In this document: positions 16,384 to 25,479 of the stretch, one piece after another
How the letters are laid out: every line of letters starts with the position of its first letter
Position numbering within the stretch: the first letter of the stretch is position 1
Assembly (NCBI GenBank): GCA_018649885.1
Contig: JABIHA010000023.1
Span: 1-48,850 of the forward strand
DNA length: 48,850 nucleotides
Source of the DNA: Bacteriovoracaceae bacterium
Lineage (GTDB): Bacteria > Bdellovibrionota > Bacteriovoracia > Bacteriovoracales > Bacteriovoracaceae
Direction of reading: 5' to 3'
Position numbers and translations under genes: made by a program
The notes under the pieces: generated by a model
Told to the model about the DNA's origin: nothing
The model's input: only the letters and a program-made list of their open reading frames with translations
The model's database searches: none

Positions 16384-17588
16384 CAAATTCTAGGTGGACT
16401 AAACCTATTTTTTATTCAAAACTTCTAAGTTCATTTGGAAGTTCATTTTCTAATTATGCCATTCCATTATTTATCTACAAATCAACACAAAATGTGAGCC
16501 ATGTAGGCCTGCAATGGGCGATTATTGCCATTGTTGGGCTACTAAGTGGTTATATTGGACCAAGGCTCAATCTATTTAAAAACGATAAGACTGGATATAT
16601 TGGCCTCGATATACTTATGGCCATTGCGGCGATTATTCCACTCGCCTTTATTAAAACTCATCCCGTTTTAGGCTCTTACTTGGCCACATTTTTTATGGCA
16701 TTTTTTGGAAATTTGCAAAACTCCTACTTTGAAAGCTTAGTCTCTAAGGCCGTAGAAGATTCAAAGGGTGATAACCACTACCGGATTTATCTACTATCTC
16801 ATTGTGAAAATGGTGCCCACATTGGAAAGCTTCTTGGCTATGGCATGGCCTTTATTGTTTCGAGTTCACTTGGATTTGAATGGGCATTCATTATAGACGC
16901 TGCCACATTTATCGCCTCCGCCCTTTTAGTTACAAAACTAGCGCAAACTGGTCATCATACCAAAGAAGTTTCAAAGGCTTCCTATTCACTTATATTTAGG
17001 CCAAAGCTTTTCAACCTCTCTATTGCTCAACTATTTGGTGCTTTCGCCGTCTATATTTTCAATGGTATTTGGATAGTAGTCATAAAAAAATATTTTAATG
17101 CAAGTGACTTCTATATTGCTCTTACTTTCATACTTCAATATATTGTTTCTATAGTAGCGTCTCGCTATAACTCCCACTTAAGTAAACGTGGTAAATCCCT
17201 ATCAGATAATGGATTATTTTGGGTTAGGGCCAGCTATGGTCCGCTATTTATATTGCTTGCTTACACCACTAATATTCATTCCTTTATTTTTATCTATACC
17301 GTGTTTAATTTTCTAATCCCCTTTAGCCTGCCAGGGATAAAGGCCATGTTCCACAGATCAGTGGCCCCTTCAGAGGTTAGAGGTGTTGCGGCCTCCAGAG
17401 TTGGGTTAACCCACATTTGTGGAGCTTTAGGCGCTGTTGTGGGCAGTTTGATGATTACAAGCTATAGCTTTAAACAACTTTGTTTGTTATCTGCCGCCGC
17501 ATTTATTGCAGGCGCCGCCTATTTTTACATTCACTTAAAAAAGACAACACACCTCGACTCTAGAGATTTAAAATCTAATAAGGCCTAG
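16380..17588 (+). CDS. MFS transporter
   Basis: About 12 hydrophobic segments, SSFGSSFSNYAIPLFIY N-terminus, FIIDAATFIASA; ATGA overlap with the regulator. Confidence 0.9.
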   Translation: MTNSRWTKPIFYSKLLSSFGSSFSNYAIPLFIYKSTQNVSHVGLQWAIIAIVGLLSGYIGPRLNLFKNDKTGYIGLDILMAIAAIIPLAFIKTHPVLGSYLATFFMAFFGNLQNSYFESLVSKAVEDSKGDNHYRIYLLSHCENGAHIGKLLGYGMAFIVSSSLGFEWAFIIDAATFIASALLVTKLAQTGHHTKEVSKASYSLIFRPKLFNLSIAQLFGAFAVYIFNGIWIVVIKKYFNASDFYIALTFILQYIVSIVASRYNSHLSKRGKSLSDNGLFWVRASYGPLFILLAYTTNIHSFIFIYTVFNFLIPFSLPGIKAMFHRSVAPSEVRGVAASRVGLTHICGALGAVVGSLMITSYSFKQLCLLSAAAFIAGAAYFYIHLKKTTHLDSRDLKSNKA

Positions 17589-17860
17589 GCCAAATTCTTA
17601 TACATCATTCGAAGTGATTTCTGATTCAAATTCCTATGGGCCTTGGGCCTACTAGAAGAATATTTGAAATGCTTTACTCTATAATGATTTCTCTTGGTAT
17701 ATTTTGAGTTTTTATATTTTCTCTTGGTCCTTCTTTTTCTCTTTCGGGATGACATTCCACTTTTGTGGTGGGTAGAAGTCGAAGTCCCTAATCCATAGAC
17801 CCGTCTTAGGTCAATTAAGCTCCAAGAAAATAATATTACTAGTAACCGCTTTAATCGCAT
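17585..17860 (-). CDS. Small highly basic protein
   Basis: GAGGG RBS before ATG 17860; hydrophobic N-terminus then Lys/Arg-rich tract. Confidence 0.45.
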   Translation of the reverse strand: MRLKRLLVILFSWSLIDLRRVYGLGTSTSTHHKSGMSSRKRKRRTKRKYKNSKYTKRNHYRVKHFKYSSSRPKAHRNLNQKSLRMMYKNLA

Positions 17861-18334
17861 AAACACCCTCACATGGGAAAATAATGTTGCTGAAGTTCAA
17901 AAAAAAGATGTGAGAAATATTCATGATGGATAGCTCCTAAAAAAAGACCGCGGTCATAGAAATGTTGTTGTTTGAGTTTAAATGGGAATTTGGAGTTATA
18001 TAATCATAGCCGCACCAGGATATAACATTAATGGTTTTGAGTCAATGCACGCGAGCTTTATCTGTTCCAATCAACAAAAACATCGATGATTATTATGAAT
18101 CTTACTTATGGTTATCATGTTCTTTTTTCATTATAAGAATAACAATGGCCCATGGTGGGAAAAACACCGCTCAGAGATCTATGATTTCAAGTGATTAGAA
18201 AACCTGTCTTATGACCATGTGCTGCCATTAGAAGAACTAATAAGGTGGTAGAAGACACGCTAATTTTACACTCTGAGGGTTTCTAGACTACTGTCCCCAC
18301 CATAAATAGAAAGCTAAATACTACGGAGAAATAA

Positions 18335-19525
18335 ATGAAAACAAATCAGAAATCAAAATGGTACAAATTGGCGGCGATTTTAATCGCTTGTAGCGGATTA
18401 AGTGCCCACGCCGGAGAAGAAGATGGCGCCTTCCTCGATCCTGCCTACAAACACTTAACGCCACCTATTGTGAACGATCAAAGGCCCTTAGAGGCGAGAA
18501 ATTTGTGGTTAGAGGGTCTTCCACAAGATATGGCCGAGCTTTCAAGCTCAGATACAACTTCTCTTATTTCAAAGCAAACACTTGTTAAATCTCAAATTGC
18601 AAGAGGAACCTGTTCAATTTTTTCAGCTACAGCAATGGCCGAATCAATGCTTGTTATCAAAAGAGGGTTTGCTAACACAGTTGACCTATCTGAGGAATGG
18701 CTTGAGTATTTGGCCATGAAAGGAAAAACTGGCGATGGCTCTCACTCTTATAGAAATTTTAATTTACTTAAGCGCTACGGCTCTCCAATGGAATCCAGTC
18801 TTCCTTATATAGGACAGGAATGGAAAGAAACCACTAACTTTCCTCTTCAAAAAGAAAGATGTGACAGATTAAAAGAATTCGCTGGCACAAATTTTTATAA
18901 ATCATGCCTACTTGGTCATAGAGACGAAAAACTGATTCAAACCTCTGATCAAGAATTGTCCAATCCAGAGAGTAAGTTCTATGACCTCCAGTTTCTCAAT
19001 GCTCGTACAGAGGCAGCTCAACTTAGAGACCAAGAATTTATCATGACCGGAGGCTATTACAGCGTTTACTCCACTTATCAAGTTAAAGGCCTTCTTCGCC
19101 AGGGTATTCCACTAACTCTTGGAATCACATTTTACTATGGTGCTTGGAACCACAGATACTCAGATAAGTATCTTATTGGTAGAGACTACAATAATTGGAT
19201 TAAAGGAATCGTAGGATATCCAGAAGCAGGATCAAAAGATGCTGTCGAATCACCCAAGCACCCAGCTGGGCACTCTATTTTGATAGTAGGTTATGACGAC
19301 AACAAAGTAGTGACAACTAAAGTAAAAATGGAAAATGGTGAAGAGAAAGAATTTACTTACAAAGGTGTCTACTACTTCAAAAACTCTTGGGGAACTGCTG
19401 AATTTGGAAGAGAATTTTCACTTGAAAACGAATCACACCCTGGTTACGGCATGATTACTTATAAATATGCCCACGAGCATGGTGGATTCTATCAACTTCC
19501 ACTTGCCGAAAAAATAACACAATAA
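18335..19525 (+). CDS. Secreted papain-like cysteine peptidase (C1 family)
   Basis: SQIARGTCSIFS (Gln, Cys), AGHSILIVGYDD (His), FKNSWG (Asn); signal peptide. Confidence 0.93.
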   Translation: MKTNQKSKWYKLAAILIACSGLSAHAGEEDGAFLDPAYKHLTPPIVNDQRPLEARNLWLEGLPQDMAELSSSDTTSLISKQTLVKSQIARGTCSIFSATAMAESMLVIKRGFANTVDLSEEWLEYLAMKGKTGDGSHSYRNFNLLKRYGSPMESSLPYIGQEWKETTNFPLQKERCDRLKEFAGTNFYKSCLLGHRDEKLIQTSDQELSNPESKFYDLQFLNARTEAAQLRDQEFIMTGGYYSVYSTYQVKGLLRQGIPLTLGITFYYGAWNHRYSDKYLIGRDYNNWIKGIVGYPEAGSKDAVESPKHPAGHSILIVGYDDNKVVTTKVKMENGEEKEFTYKGVYYFKNSWGTAEFGREFSLENESHPGYGMITYKYAHEHGGFYQLPLAEKITQ

Positions 19526-19532
19526 AATCATA

Positions 19533-19562
19533 GGGGTTACGCGGATAAGCTGCCGTAACCCC
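19533..19562 (+). terminator. GC-rich hairpin after peptidase gene
   Basis: ggggttacg...cgtaacccc; no immediate U tract, so possibly an mRNA-stabilising stem. Confidence 0.45.
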
Positions 19563-19718
19563 CACCTATCTCCCTAAATTTTTTTCATAAAGATTCAATT
19601 CAGGTGTAAACTTCTTGTTCACCCCTATCAATTTTTCCGGGTGCCCTATTTTTTTGGATTAAAATATTGGAATCATTATATTATGCCATGTTTATAGAAC
19701 CTAAAAATAGGATGTATT

Positions 19719-20351
19719 TTGAGCACTCTTTTCAAGATTTTGATTTGTATTGCCGTTTTACCGACGGCCTTCGCGGAAAAAAGCATTCCTTCAAATGAGA
19801 CCGTTAAATTGAACCAGTCCTCAAAAAAAGAGGCTCCCCAAACCCAAAAATCAGAAACTGTCCAAAAAAAGTCAGTTGAACCAGCGCCTCCTGCGCCGAA
19901 GCTCAATTGGATCAATTTTCTTTTTGATTACAGCCAGTATGCCCAAGTGGGTGTGGAAGTTGGTATTTTAGAAAATATGACCCTTGGCTACCGATATGGA
20001 AGTAAAGACTTTCGAGATGATATTAGTGCTTACGCAGAAAGAGCAGAAGTAAACTCTCATGCTATAAATGCAGATTGGTATTTTTTAGGAAAAAGATTTC
20101 AAAATGGCCCAGTTCTATCTCTCCAGGCCTACAGACTACAGGTCATTGCTGATAAAAATATTCAATACAAGTGGCAACACAGAATGCTAAGAGACGGCAA
20201 AACCTCATACGGACTGAGATCAGCAGCTAGCTACAAGTGGTTCTCCGAAGAATACGGCCTAAATGCAGGTCCAGGATTAATCGTGAACCTATCAAATATT
20301 AATAAGTCCATCTTCGGAGGATTCCACTTTACCCTCGGTATCGGTTACTAA
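19719..20351 (+). CDS. Outer-membrane beta-barrel protein
   Basis: Signal peptide, alternating beta pattern, C-terminal GGFHFTLGIGY. Confidence 0.75.
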   Translation: MSTLFKILICIAVLPTAFAEKSIPSNETVKLNQSSKKEAPQTQKSETVQKKSVEPAPPAPKLNWINFLFDYSQYAQVGVEVGILENMTLGYRYGSKDFRDDISAYAERAEVNSHAINADWYFLGKRFQNGPVLSLQAYRLQVIADKNIQYKWQHRMLRDGKTSYGLRSAASYKWFSEEYGLNAGPGLIVNLSNINKSIFGGFHFTLGIGY

Positions 20352-20683
20352 TTAGAGCAATTGATACAATTAAAAGCAGTTGGTAGTGCAATCAATCTTT
20401 TCTCAGGGATTTGCTCACCACAATTTCTACAAATACCATAATCGCCATTGTTAACTCTTGCTATGGCCTCATCAATTTGGCTTAACTCTCGTCTTTCCAA
20501 ATCATCTATTGCATCTACGACTTCATCATTTTCAACTTCGACGACCTGTTCAGCAAAGTCAGGGGAAATAGGACCGCCCTTTCTTCTTCTATCTTTTTGT
20601 AGGGCATTTATTCTGTTTACGACCTGCTCTCTTTTTTCTTTTAAGGAGCCTAAAATTTTATCAACTTCCATTTGTCCACTCAT
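20348..20683 (-). CDS. TraR/DksA C4 zinc-finger protein
   Basis: DFAEQ tip, coiled coil, YGICRNCGEQIPEKRLIALPTAFNCINC. Confidence 0.92.
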   Translation of the reverse strand: MSGQMEVDKILGSLKEKREQVVNRINALQKDRRRKGGPISPDFAEQVVEVENDEVVDAIDDLERRELSQIDEAIARVNNGDYGICRNCGEQIPEKRLIALPTAFNCINCSN

Positions 20684-20696
20684 GACAACTCCAATT

Positions 20697-21251
20697 CTAT
20701 ATTTCGTTAAAGTAGTTATTTAGTCTTTTAATCAATTCTTTCTCAGAACCAGTCTCGCTGCCAATTCCAAATAAGCCTCCTGCTGACTTGGCCACTAAGT
20801 GTGAGAACTCTAGAACATCTGCCTTCATACTATTAAAAGCATCTGGACCTTTGGTAGATTTATACCCTTTTAGATAATCTCTCCACACCTCAAGAAGCTC
20901 ATCGTGGTTATCTCTCGCAAGCCATCTATCTACAAGCCCTAGTATCATAGCTTGGTGATCTGATCGCTCCACTTTAATTTTTGAAGCAATAAGATTTCTC
21001 TCCTTTTTTTCAACTGCACCATCTGCCCATGCAACAGCAATAAAGGGTATATAACCTAGAGCAACAATAGTTTGCGCTCTGATGCCCATGGAAAAAATTT
21101 GCTCAATATGTACTGAATCGTCTATTCCACTAAGCTTTGAGAGAACTTCTTTCTCATTTTCATCTTGTAAGTCTTGTAAAATTTTACGATCCAGATCCCT
21201 GAAGAAAACATTTTCAAGGGCCATTTCTCTATTTTTCATTAAATCACTCAT
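20697..21251 (-). CDS. TerB-like helical protein with REMALENVFF N-terminal helix
   Basis: AVAWADGAVEKKER and VAKSAGGLFGIGSETGSEKE; start MSDL (21251) with AAGGA RBS. Confidence 0.8.
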   Translation of the reverse strand: MSDLMKNREMALENVFFRDLDRKILQDLQDENEKEVLSKLSGIDDSVHIEQIFSMGIRAQTIVALGYIPFIAVAWADGAVEKKERNLIASKIKVERSDHQAMILGLVDRWLARDNHDELLEVWRDYLKGYKSTKGPDAFNSMKADVLEFSHLVAKSAGGLFGIGSETGSEKELIKRLNNYFNEI

Positions 21252-21317
21252 AGTCTTTATCCTTATTATTGACCCAGATTTCACTTTAAATACTACCTGG
21301 CCTTAACCCCCAAATCA

Positions 21318-21331
21318 TTGATCCAGATCAT
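21318..21331 (-). promoter_or_regulatory. FNR/CRP-family box
   Basis: TTGAT-CCAG-ATCAT, one mismatch from TTGAT-N4-ATCAA; minus-strand TAGTAT at 21295-21290 gives class II (-41.5) spacing. Confidence 0.6.
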
Positions 21332-21570
21332 GGAAACAGAAGACTTTTTGCAGCCGTATATATAATTTTAATACCTTAGAGAAGTATCTGCCCTTTTAAT
21401 TTTTCTAAATTTGAGATTACCCAGAAATTATGCAGGCAATTCAGCATTTTTCAGCTAGAGACCCGAAGATCAAATGATTAGGCTTATTGCTGACGCTCGT
21501 CATGCAATTGGCCTCTCGGGCAATATAGCATCACTTTAATGATCTAAGTTTTACAACTGTGGGGGACTCC

Positions 21571-23016
21571 TTGGGTAGAGAGATAAAAGGAAAGCACTTT
21601 AGTGACAATGATGAAAAGGTGTTCGCAGAAAGATTGAGAAATGAAACCAAAATACTGATGGGGCTTTTTCAAAATAATTCATTTGAAAAATTTGAAACCC
21701 CAATGTGTGGCCTAGAAATTGAGGCTTGGCTTGTAGATCAAGATTTTTTGCCTTCACCAGTTGCTGAGCCCTTCTTGAATGACTTGAGTGATCCACTAGT
21801 AGTCCCCGAAATATCTAAATTTAATTTCGAAATCAATACAGATCCGCTTCCACTCCAGGGAAATGTTTTTAATCATTTCCATCAAAATATTGAAGATACT
21901 TGGAAGAAAATACAATTAAGTGCAAAAGAATATAATAGCAGGGCACTAAGTATAGGAAGTCTACCTACTCTTAGAAAAAATATGCTCTCTCTTGATCACC
22001 TCTATCCTAATAAACGATACTTTGCTCTTAATAAAAGAATTTTAGATTTTAGACGAGAAAATGAATTTAAATTAGAAATTAAGGGGCGTGAAGAAATTTC
22101 TGAAAGCTTTAAAAGCATAATGTTAGAAGCAGCTGCTACAAGTTTTCAAATTCATCTGCAAGTTCCCCAAGAAAAGGCCCGTGATTTTTATAATTGCTCG
22201 ATTCTTGCCTCTCCTTTTATGGCCGCCATTTGTGCTAACTCTCCTTTTCTTTTTGGGAAAGATCTTTGGAGTGAAACAAGGATTCCTATCTTTGAACAAT
22301 CAATATGTACAAAGAACTATAAAAGAAAAGAAGGCAGGTGGGCGACTCGAGTGACTCTTGGCAATGGCTATGTCAAAGAATCACTATTTGAACTTTTCTT
22401 AGATAACCTAGATGGTTATCCCCCACTGCTACCAGAGCTATTAGATGATGAGCCCAGTAGGCTTGCCCATTTAAGACTTCATAATGGTACCATTTGGAGA
22501 TGGAATAGACCTATTCTTGGATTTAACAATGAGGGTGTCCCGCACCTTCGCATTGAACACCGTGTTCCTCCATCCGGACCAACAACTACTGATATGGTTG
22601 CTAATATGGCCTTCTATATTGGACTGACTCATTTCTTAGTCGATCACGATACCCCTTTATGGGATGAAATTCCCTTTGAAACTGCCAGAGAGAATTTTTA
22701 TGGTGCGTGCAAAAATGGATTAAGTGCCCAGATAAAATGGAGAGGAAAAGAAATCAATATTCAAAAGGCGATGCTGGACATTTTTATCCCCGGAGCGAAA
22801 AATGCTCTGTTAAAACTAGGCGTACACAGACATTGCCTAGAGCGCTACTTCGATGATGTTCTGGTGCCTCGAGCACTTGCGGGTCAAAACGGCTCAAGCT
22901 GGCAACAGGCCTTTATCAGTACTCATGGACATAGGTACCAAGAGCTACTCGAAGAGTACTACTCTTACCAAGAACAAGATATTCCAGTGCACAACTGGAA
23001 ATGCCCTACTTTGTAG
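21571..23016 (+). CDS. Glutamate--cysteine ligase family (GCS2-like) protein
   Basis: GLEIEAWLVD, ATSFQIHLQV, ANSPFLFGKDLWSETRIP, LHNGTIWRWNRP, HLRIEHR; start likely TTG 21571 after GGGGGA. Confidence 0.9.
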   Translation: MGREIKGKHFSDNDEKVFAERLRNETKILMGLFQNNSFEKFETPMCGLEIEAWLVDQDFLPSPVAEPFLNDLSDPLVVPEISKFNFEINTDPLPLQGNVFNHFHQNIEDTWKKIQLSAKEYNSRALSIGSLPTLRKNMLSLDHLYPNKRYFALNKRILDFRRENEFKLEIKGREEISESFKSIMLEAAATSFQIHLQVPQEKARDFYNCSILASPFMAAICANSPFLFGKDLWSETRIPIFEQSICTKNYKRKEGRWATRVTLGNGYVKESLFELFLDNLDGYPPLLPELLDDEPSRLAHLRLHNGTIWRWNRPILGFNNEGVPHLRIEHRVPPSGPTTTDMVANMAFYIGLTHFLVDHDTPLWDEIPFETARENFYGACKNGLSAQIKWRGKEINIQKAMLDIFIPGAKNALLKLGVHRHCLERYFDDVLVPRALAGQNGSSWQQAFISTHGHRYQELLEEYYSYQEQDIPVHNWKCPTL

Positions 23017-23090
23017 GGAGTACTCTATTGACTACCTTCGTCATGGCCATGGACCTGTGGTTATGGGATTATGAGTTCAGGAGAAATTTT

Positions 23091-23573
23091 ATGAAATCTA
23101 TTTGCAATATATTCTGTATTCTAATTGCCATAAGTTTTAGTTCAGCTTTTGCCTCTGGCAGTGATCATGCAGAAAAAGTCAGTGGCACACCAAAATCAAA
23201 ATCATTTTACGGTAAGGCCATTCAGGGAAAAAGCTCCCACACCCTAAATCATATTGTTTCGAATTTTGAAAAATTTAAATCCACTCCTTGCACTTTTAAA
23301 GCGGTGGTGACAAAAGTCTGCCAGAAAAAGGGATGCTGGATGGGGCTCAAATCATCCCAAGGCAATATCAGAGTTGTTTTTGATAATTATGGGTTCTTTG
23401 TCCCAGTAAGTCTCATAGGGAAAAAGGTTATTGTTCAAGGAAAGATAAGCAAAAAGATTCTTACACTGGCACAATCTAAGCACTTCGCCAAAGATGAAGG
23501 GCTTGACCCAAAAACGATTAAATCACCTCGTACAGAATACCATGTTGTAGCGACAGGGGTAAGGCCTTTATAA
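23091..23573 (+). CDS. Exported DUF4920-like OB-fold protein
   Basis: VCQKKGCWM and VVFDNYGFFVP; AGGAG RBS before 23091. Confidence 0.85.
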   Translation: MKSICNIFCILIAISFSSAFASGSDHAEKVSGTPKSKSFYGKAIQGKSSHTLNHIVSNFEKFKSTPCTFKAVVTKVCQKKGCWMGLKSSQGNIRVVFDNYGFFVPVSLIGKKVIVQGKISKKILTLAQSKHFAKDEGLDPKTIKSPRTEYHVVATGVRPL

Positions 23574-23576
23574 GAG

Positions 23577-24632
23577 ATGATGGAAAAACCATTTGGCATT
23601 ATTGAAGGTTTCTTTGGTCCCAGCTGGAGCTGGGAGTTTAGACAACACCTAGCTAAAAAAATAAGCTCAGCAGGTGGCAATTTTTATTTTTATGCCCCCA
23701 AGAATGACCCCTATCTAAGAAAGTCATGGCAGATAGATTTTCCAACTGACCATTTTAACCACTTGAAAAAAACCAGGGCCGCTTTTAAAGCATCTGGAGT
23801 GCAATTTGGAATTGGGCTCAGCCCTTTTGAATTACATCACGATTTTTCGAAGTCAGGTAAAGAGCTGTTGTTAAAAAAGCTTCTAAAAATAGATGAACTT
23901 GGCCCTGATTACCTTGGGCTTTTTTTAGATGATATGAAACCAGCAGCTGATCTGGCAAAAGTACAAATTGAAATGGCCCATTTCATAAAAGAGCACATCT
24001 CCTGTAAGCTGTCCTTTTGCCCTTCTTACTATAGTTTTGACCCCATCCTAGAAAAAGTCTTTGGCAAATGCCCTGATAATTACCTAGAAGAACTTGGTGC
24101 TAACCTCGATAGTGACATTGATATACTTTGGACTGGCGAAAAGGTTACCTCAAAATCGATTACCTCGCAGCATCTAGGTGTTGTAGAAAAGATCATCAGA
24201 AGGAAACCCTTTATTTGGGATAATCTATTTGCAAATGATGGTCCACGCCAATGTAAATTCCTCAAGGTGCTACCTTTTAACAATAGAAAAACTGATGCTT
24301 TTGAATATTCATCAGGCTGGGGAATAAATCCAATGAATCAAGGTCATCTCTCTGCACTGGTATTTGAAAGTGCTGCAGGGACTCTTTTAAATTCAATTGA
24401 TCCAACAATAAGTTTGAATTCTTCAATAGAAAAAAATTGTCCTAAAGACCTAGCAAGTTTAATTAAGAAGTCTCTAGGTTCCTTTAATGATTTGGGACTT
24501 GAAGGGCTAGAACAAAAAGAAAAAGAGGTTTTGAGAAATAAATTTTCACAATTTGATCATCCTGTGGCCCTGGAAATCAGTAGTTGGCTTAAAGGTGAAT
24601 TTGATGTGGATGGTGACTGCCTAACTGACTAA
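23577..24632 (+). CDS. GH84 beta-N-acetylglucosaminidase (O-GlcNAcase/hyaluronidase family)
   Basis: GIIEGFFG, YFYAPKNDPY, catalytic DD in FLDDM, IWDN, NPMNQ. Confidence 0.9.
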   Translation: MMEKPFGIIEGFFGPSWSWEFRQHLAKKISSAGGNFYFYAPKNDPYLRKSWQIDFPTDHFNHLKKTRAAFKASGVQFGIGLSPFELHHDFSKSGKELLLKKLLKIDELGPDYLGLFLDDMKPAADLAKVQIEMAHFIKEHISCKLSFCPSYYSFDPILEKVFGKCPDNYLEELGANLDSDIDILWTGEKVTSKSITSQHLGVVEKIIRRKPFIWDNLFANDGPRQCKFLKVLPFNNRKTDAFEYSSGWGINPMNQGHLSALVFESAAGTLLNSIDPTISLNSSIEKNCPKDLASLIKKSLGSFNDLGLEGLEQKEKEVLRNKFSQFDHPVALEISSWLKGEFDVDGDCLTD

Positions 24633-24905
24633 TTTCTTATACTTCGCTAGATGCTTCCTTAAACCTAAATAAAAAAATTGACTCCCAGGGGTGTTTACAA
24701 AAACACAGGTATTGTGGTCGTTCAACAAAAGCTATTGAGCGAATAATTTCATGCACTTACAACCCCTACCTGGCAATATTTTAACAATAACGACATTATC
24801 CGTATACTAGAGTGTCGATTACCTTGGGGGTAAATGAATGAAAGTGAGAGGAATTTTCCTATAATCTCTCTTCCGTTTGGAAGCCTAGGGCCTGTTGAAT
24901 CAAAC

Positions 24906-25370
24906 TTATTTTTTGTAGGTTAAATCCACATCCTCTAAAAGATAGACATCGTCTTTGATAATTGCGCCTTGTAAGAAACCCATGCATTTTGACTTTGGCA
25001 CTTCACTACTTCCTGAGCATGGAGCCTCATCTATTATTAGACTGATCTCTTCACCACTAAGTATTGATTTATTTAAGGCCTCTTTCAGTACCAGGCTTGG
25101 GAAAGGACGGCAATCATAGTCTAGTTCTCCCAGCTCAAACTTTGCACAAGTCTCGACCTCTCCTCCTACTAAAACAAAGCTGTCATTTCCATCTATTTTT
25201 ATATCGACTCTTCCATCTAACGAGAAGTCACAACAGCTTAGATCGGTAAAGCTTACCTTCACACTAGTAACACTTACTTTTTTCAGAATCTTGTACTCGC
25301 TGGGCCTGATGGTTTCACCATGTGATAAAAAAGAAAAAATTGTGAAAGTAATAAGAGCTGCAAATTTCAT
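24906..25370 (-). CDS. Exported Cys-containing hypothetical protein
   Basis: 154 aa, GGAG RBS, signal peptide, six Cys. Confidence 0.75.
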   Translation of the reverse strand: MKFAALITFTIFSFLSHGETIRPSEYKILKKVSVTSVKVSFTDLSCCDFSLDGRVDIKIDGNDSFVLVGGEVETCAKFELGELDYDCRPFPSLVLKEALNKSILSGEEISLIIDEAPCSGSSEVPKSKCMGFLQGAIIKDDVYLLEDVDLTYKK

Positions 25371-25479
25371 AAGATACTCCTCTATGTGTTAAGAGCAGTA
25401 CATGTATGAGTAGTGACCGTCAATATGGACGGTAATCATAAATTCATGCTTAATTAAAAATTAAGATTGAGACTCTAAG

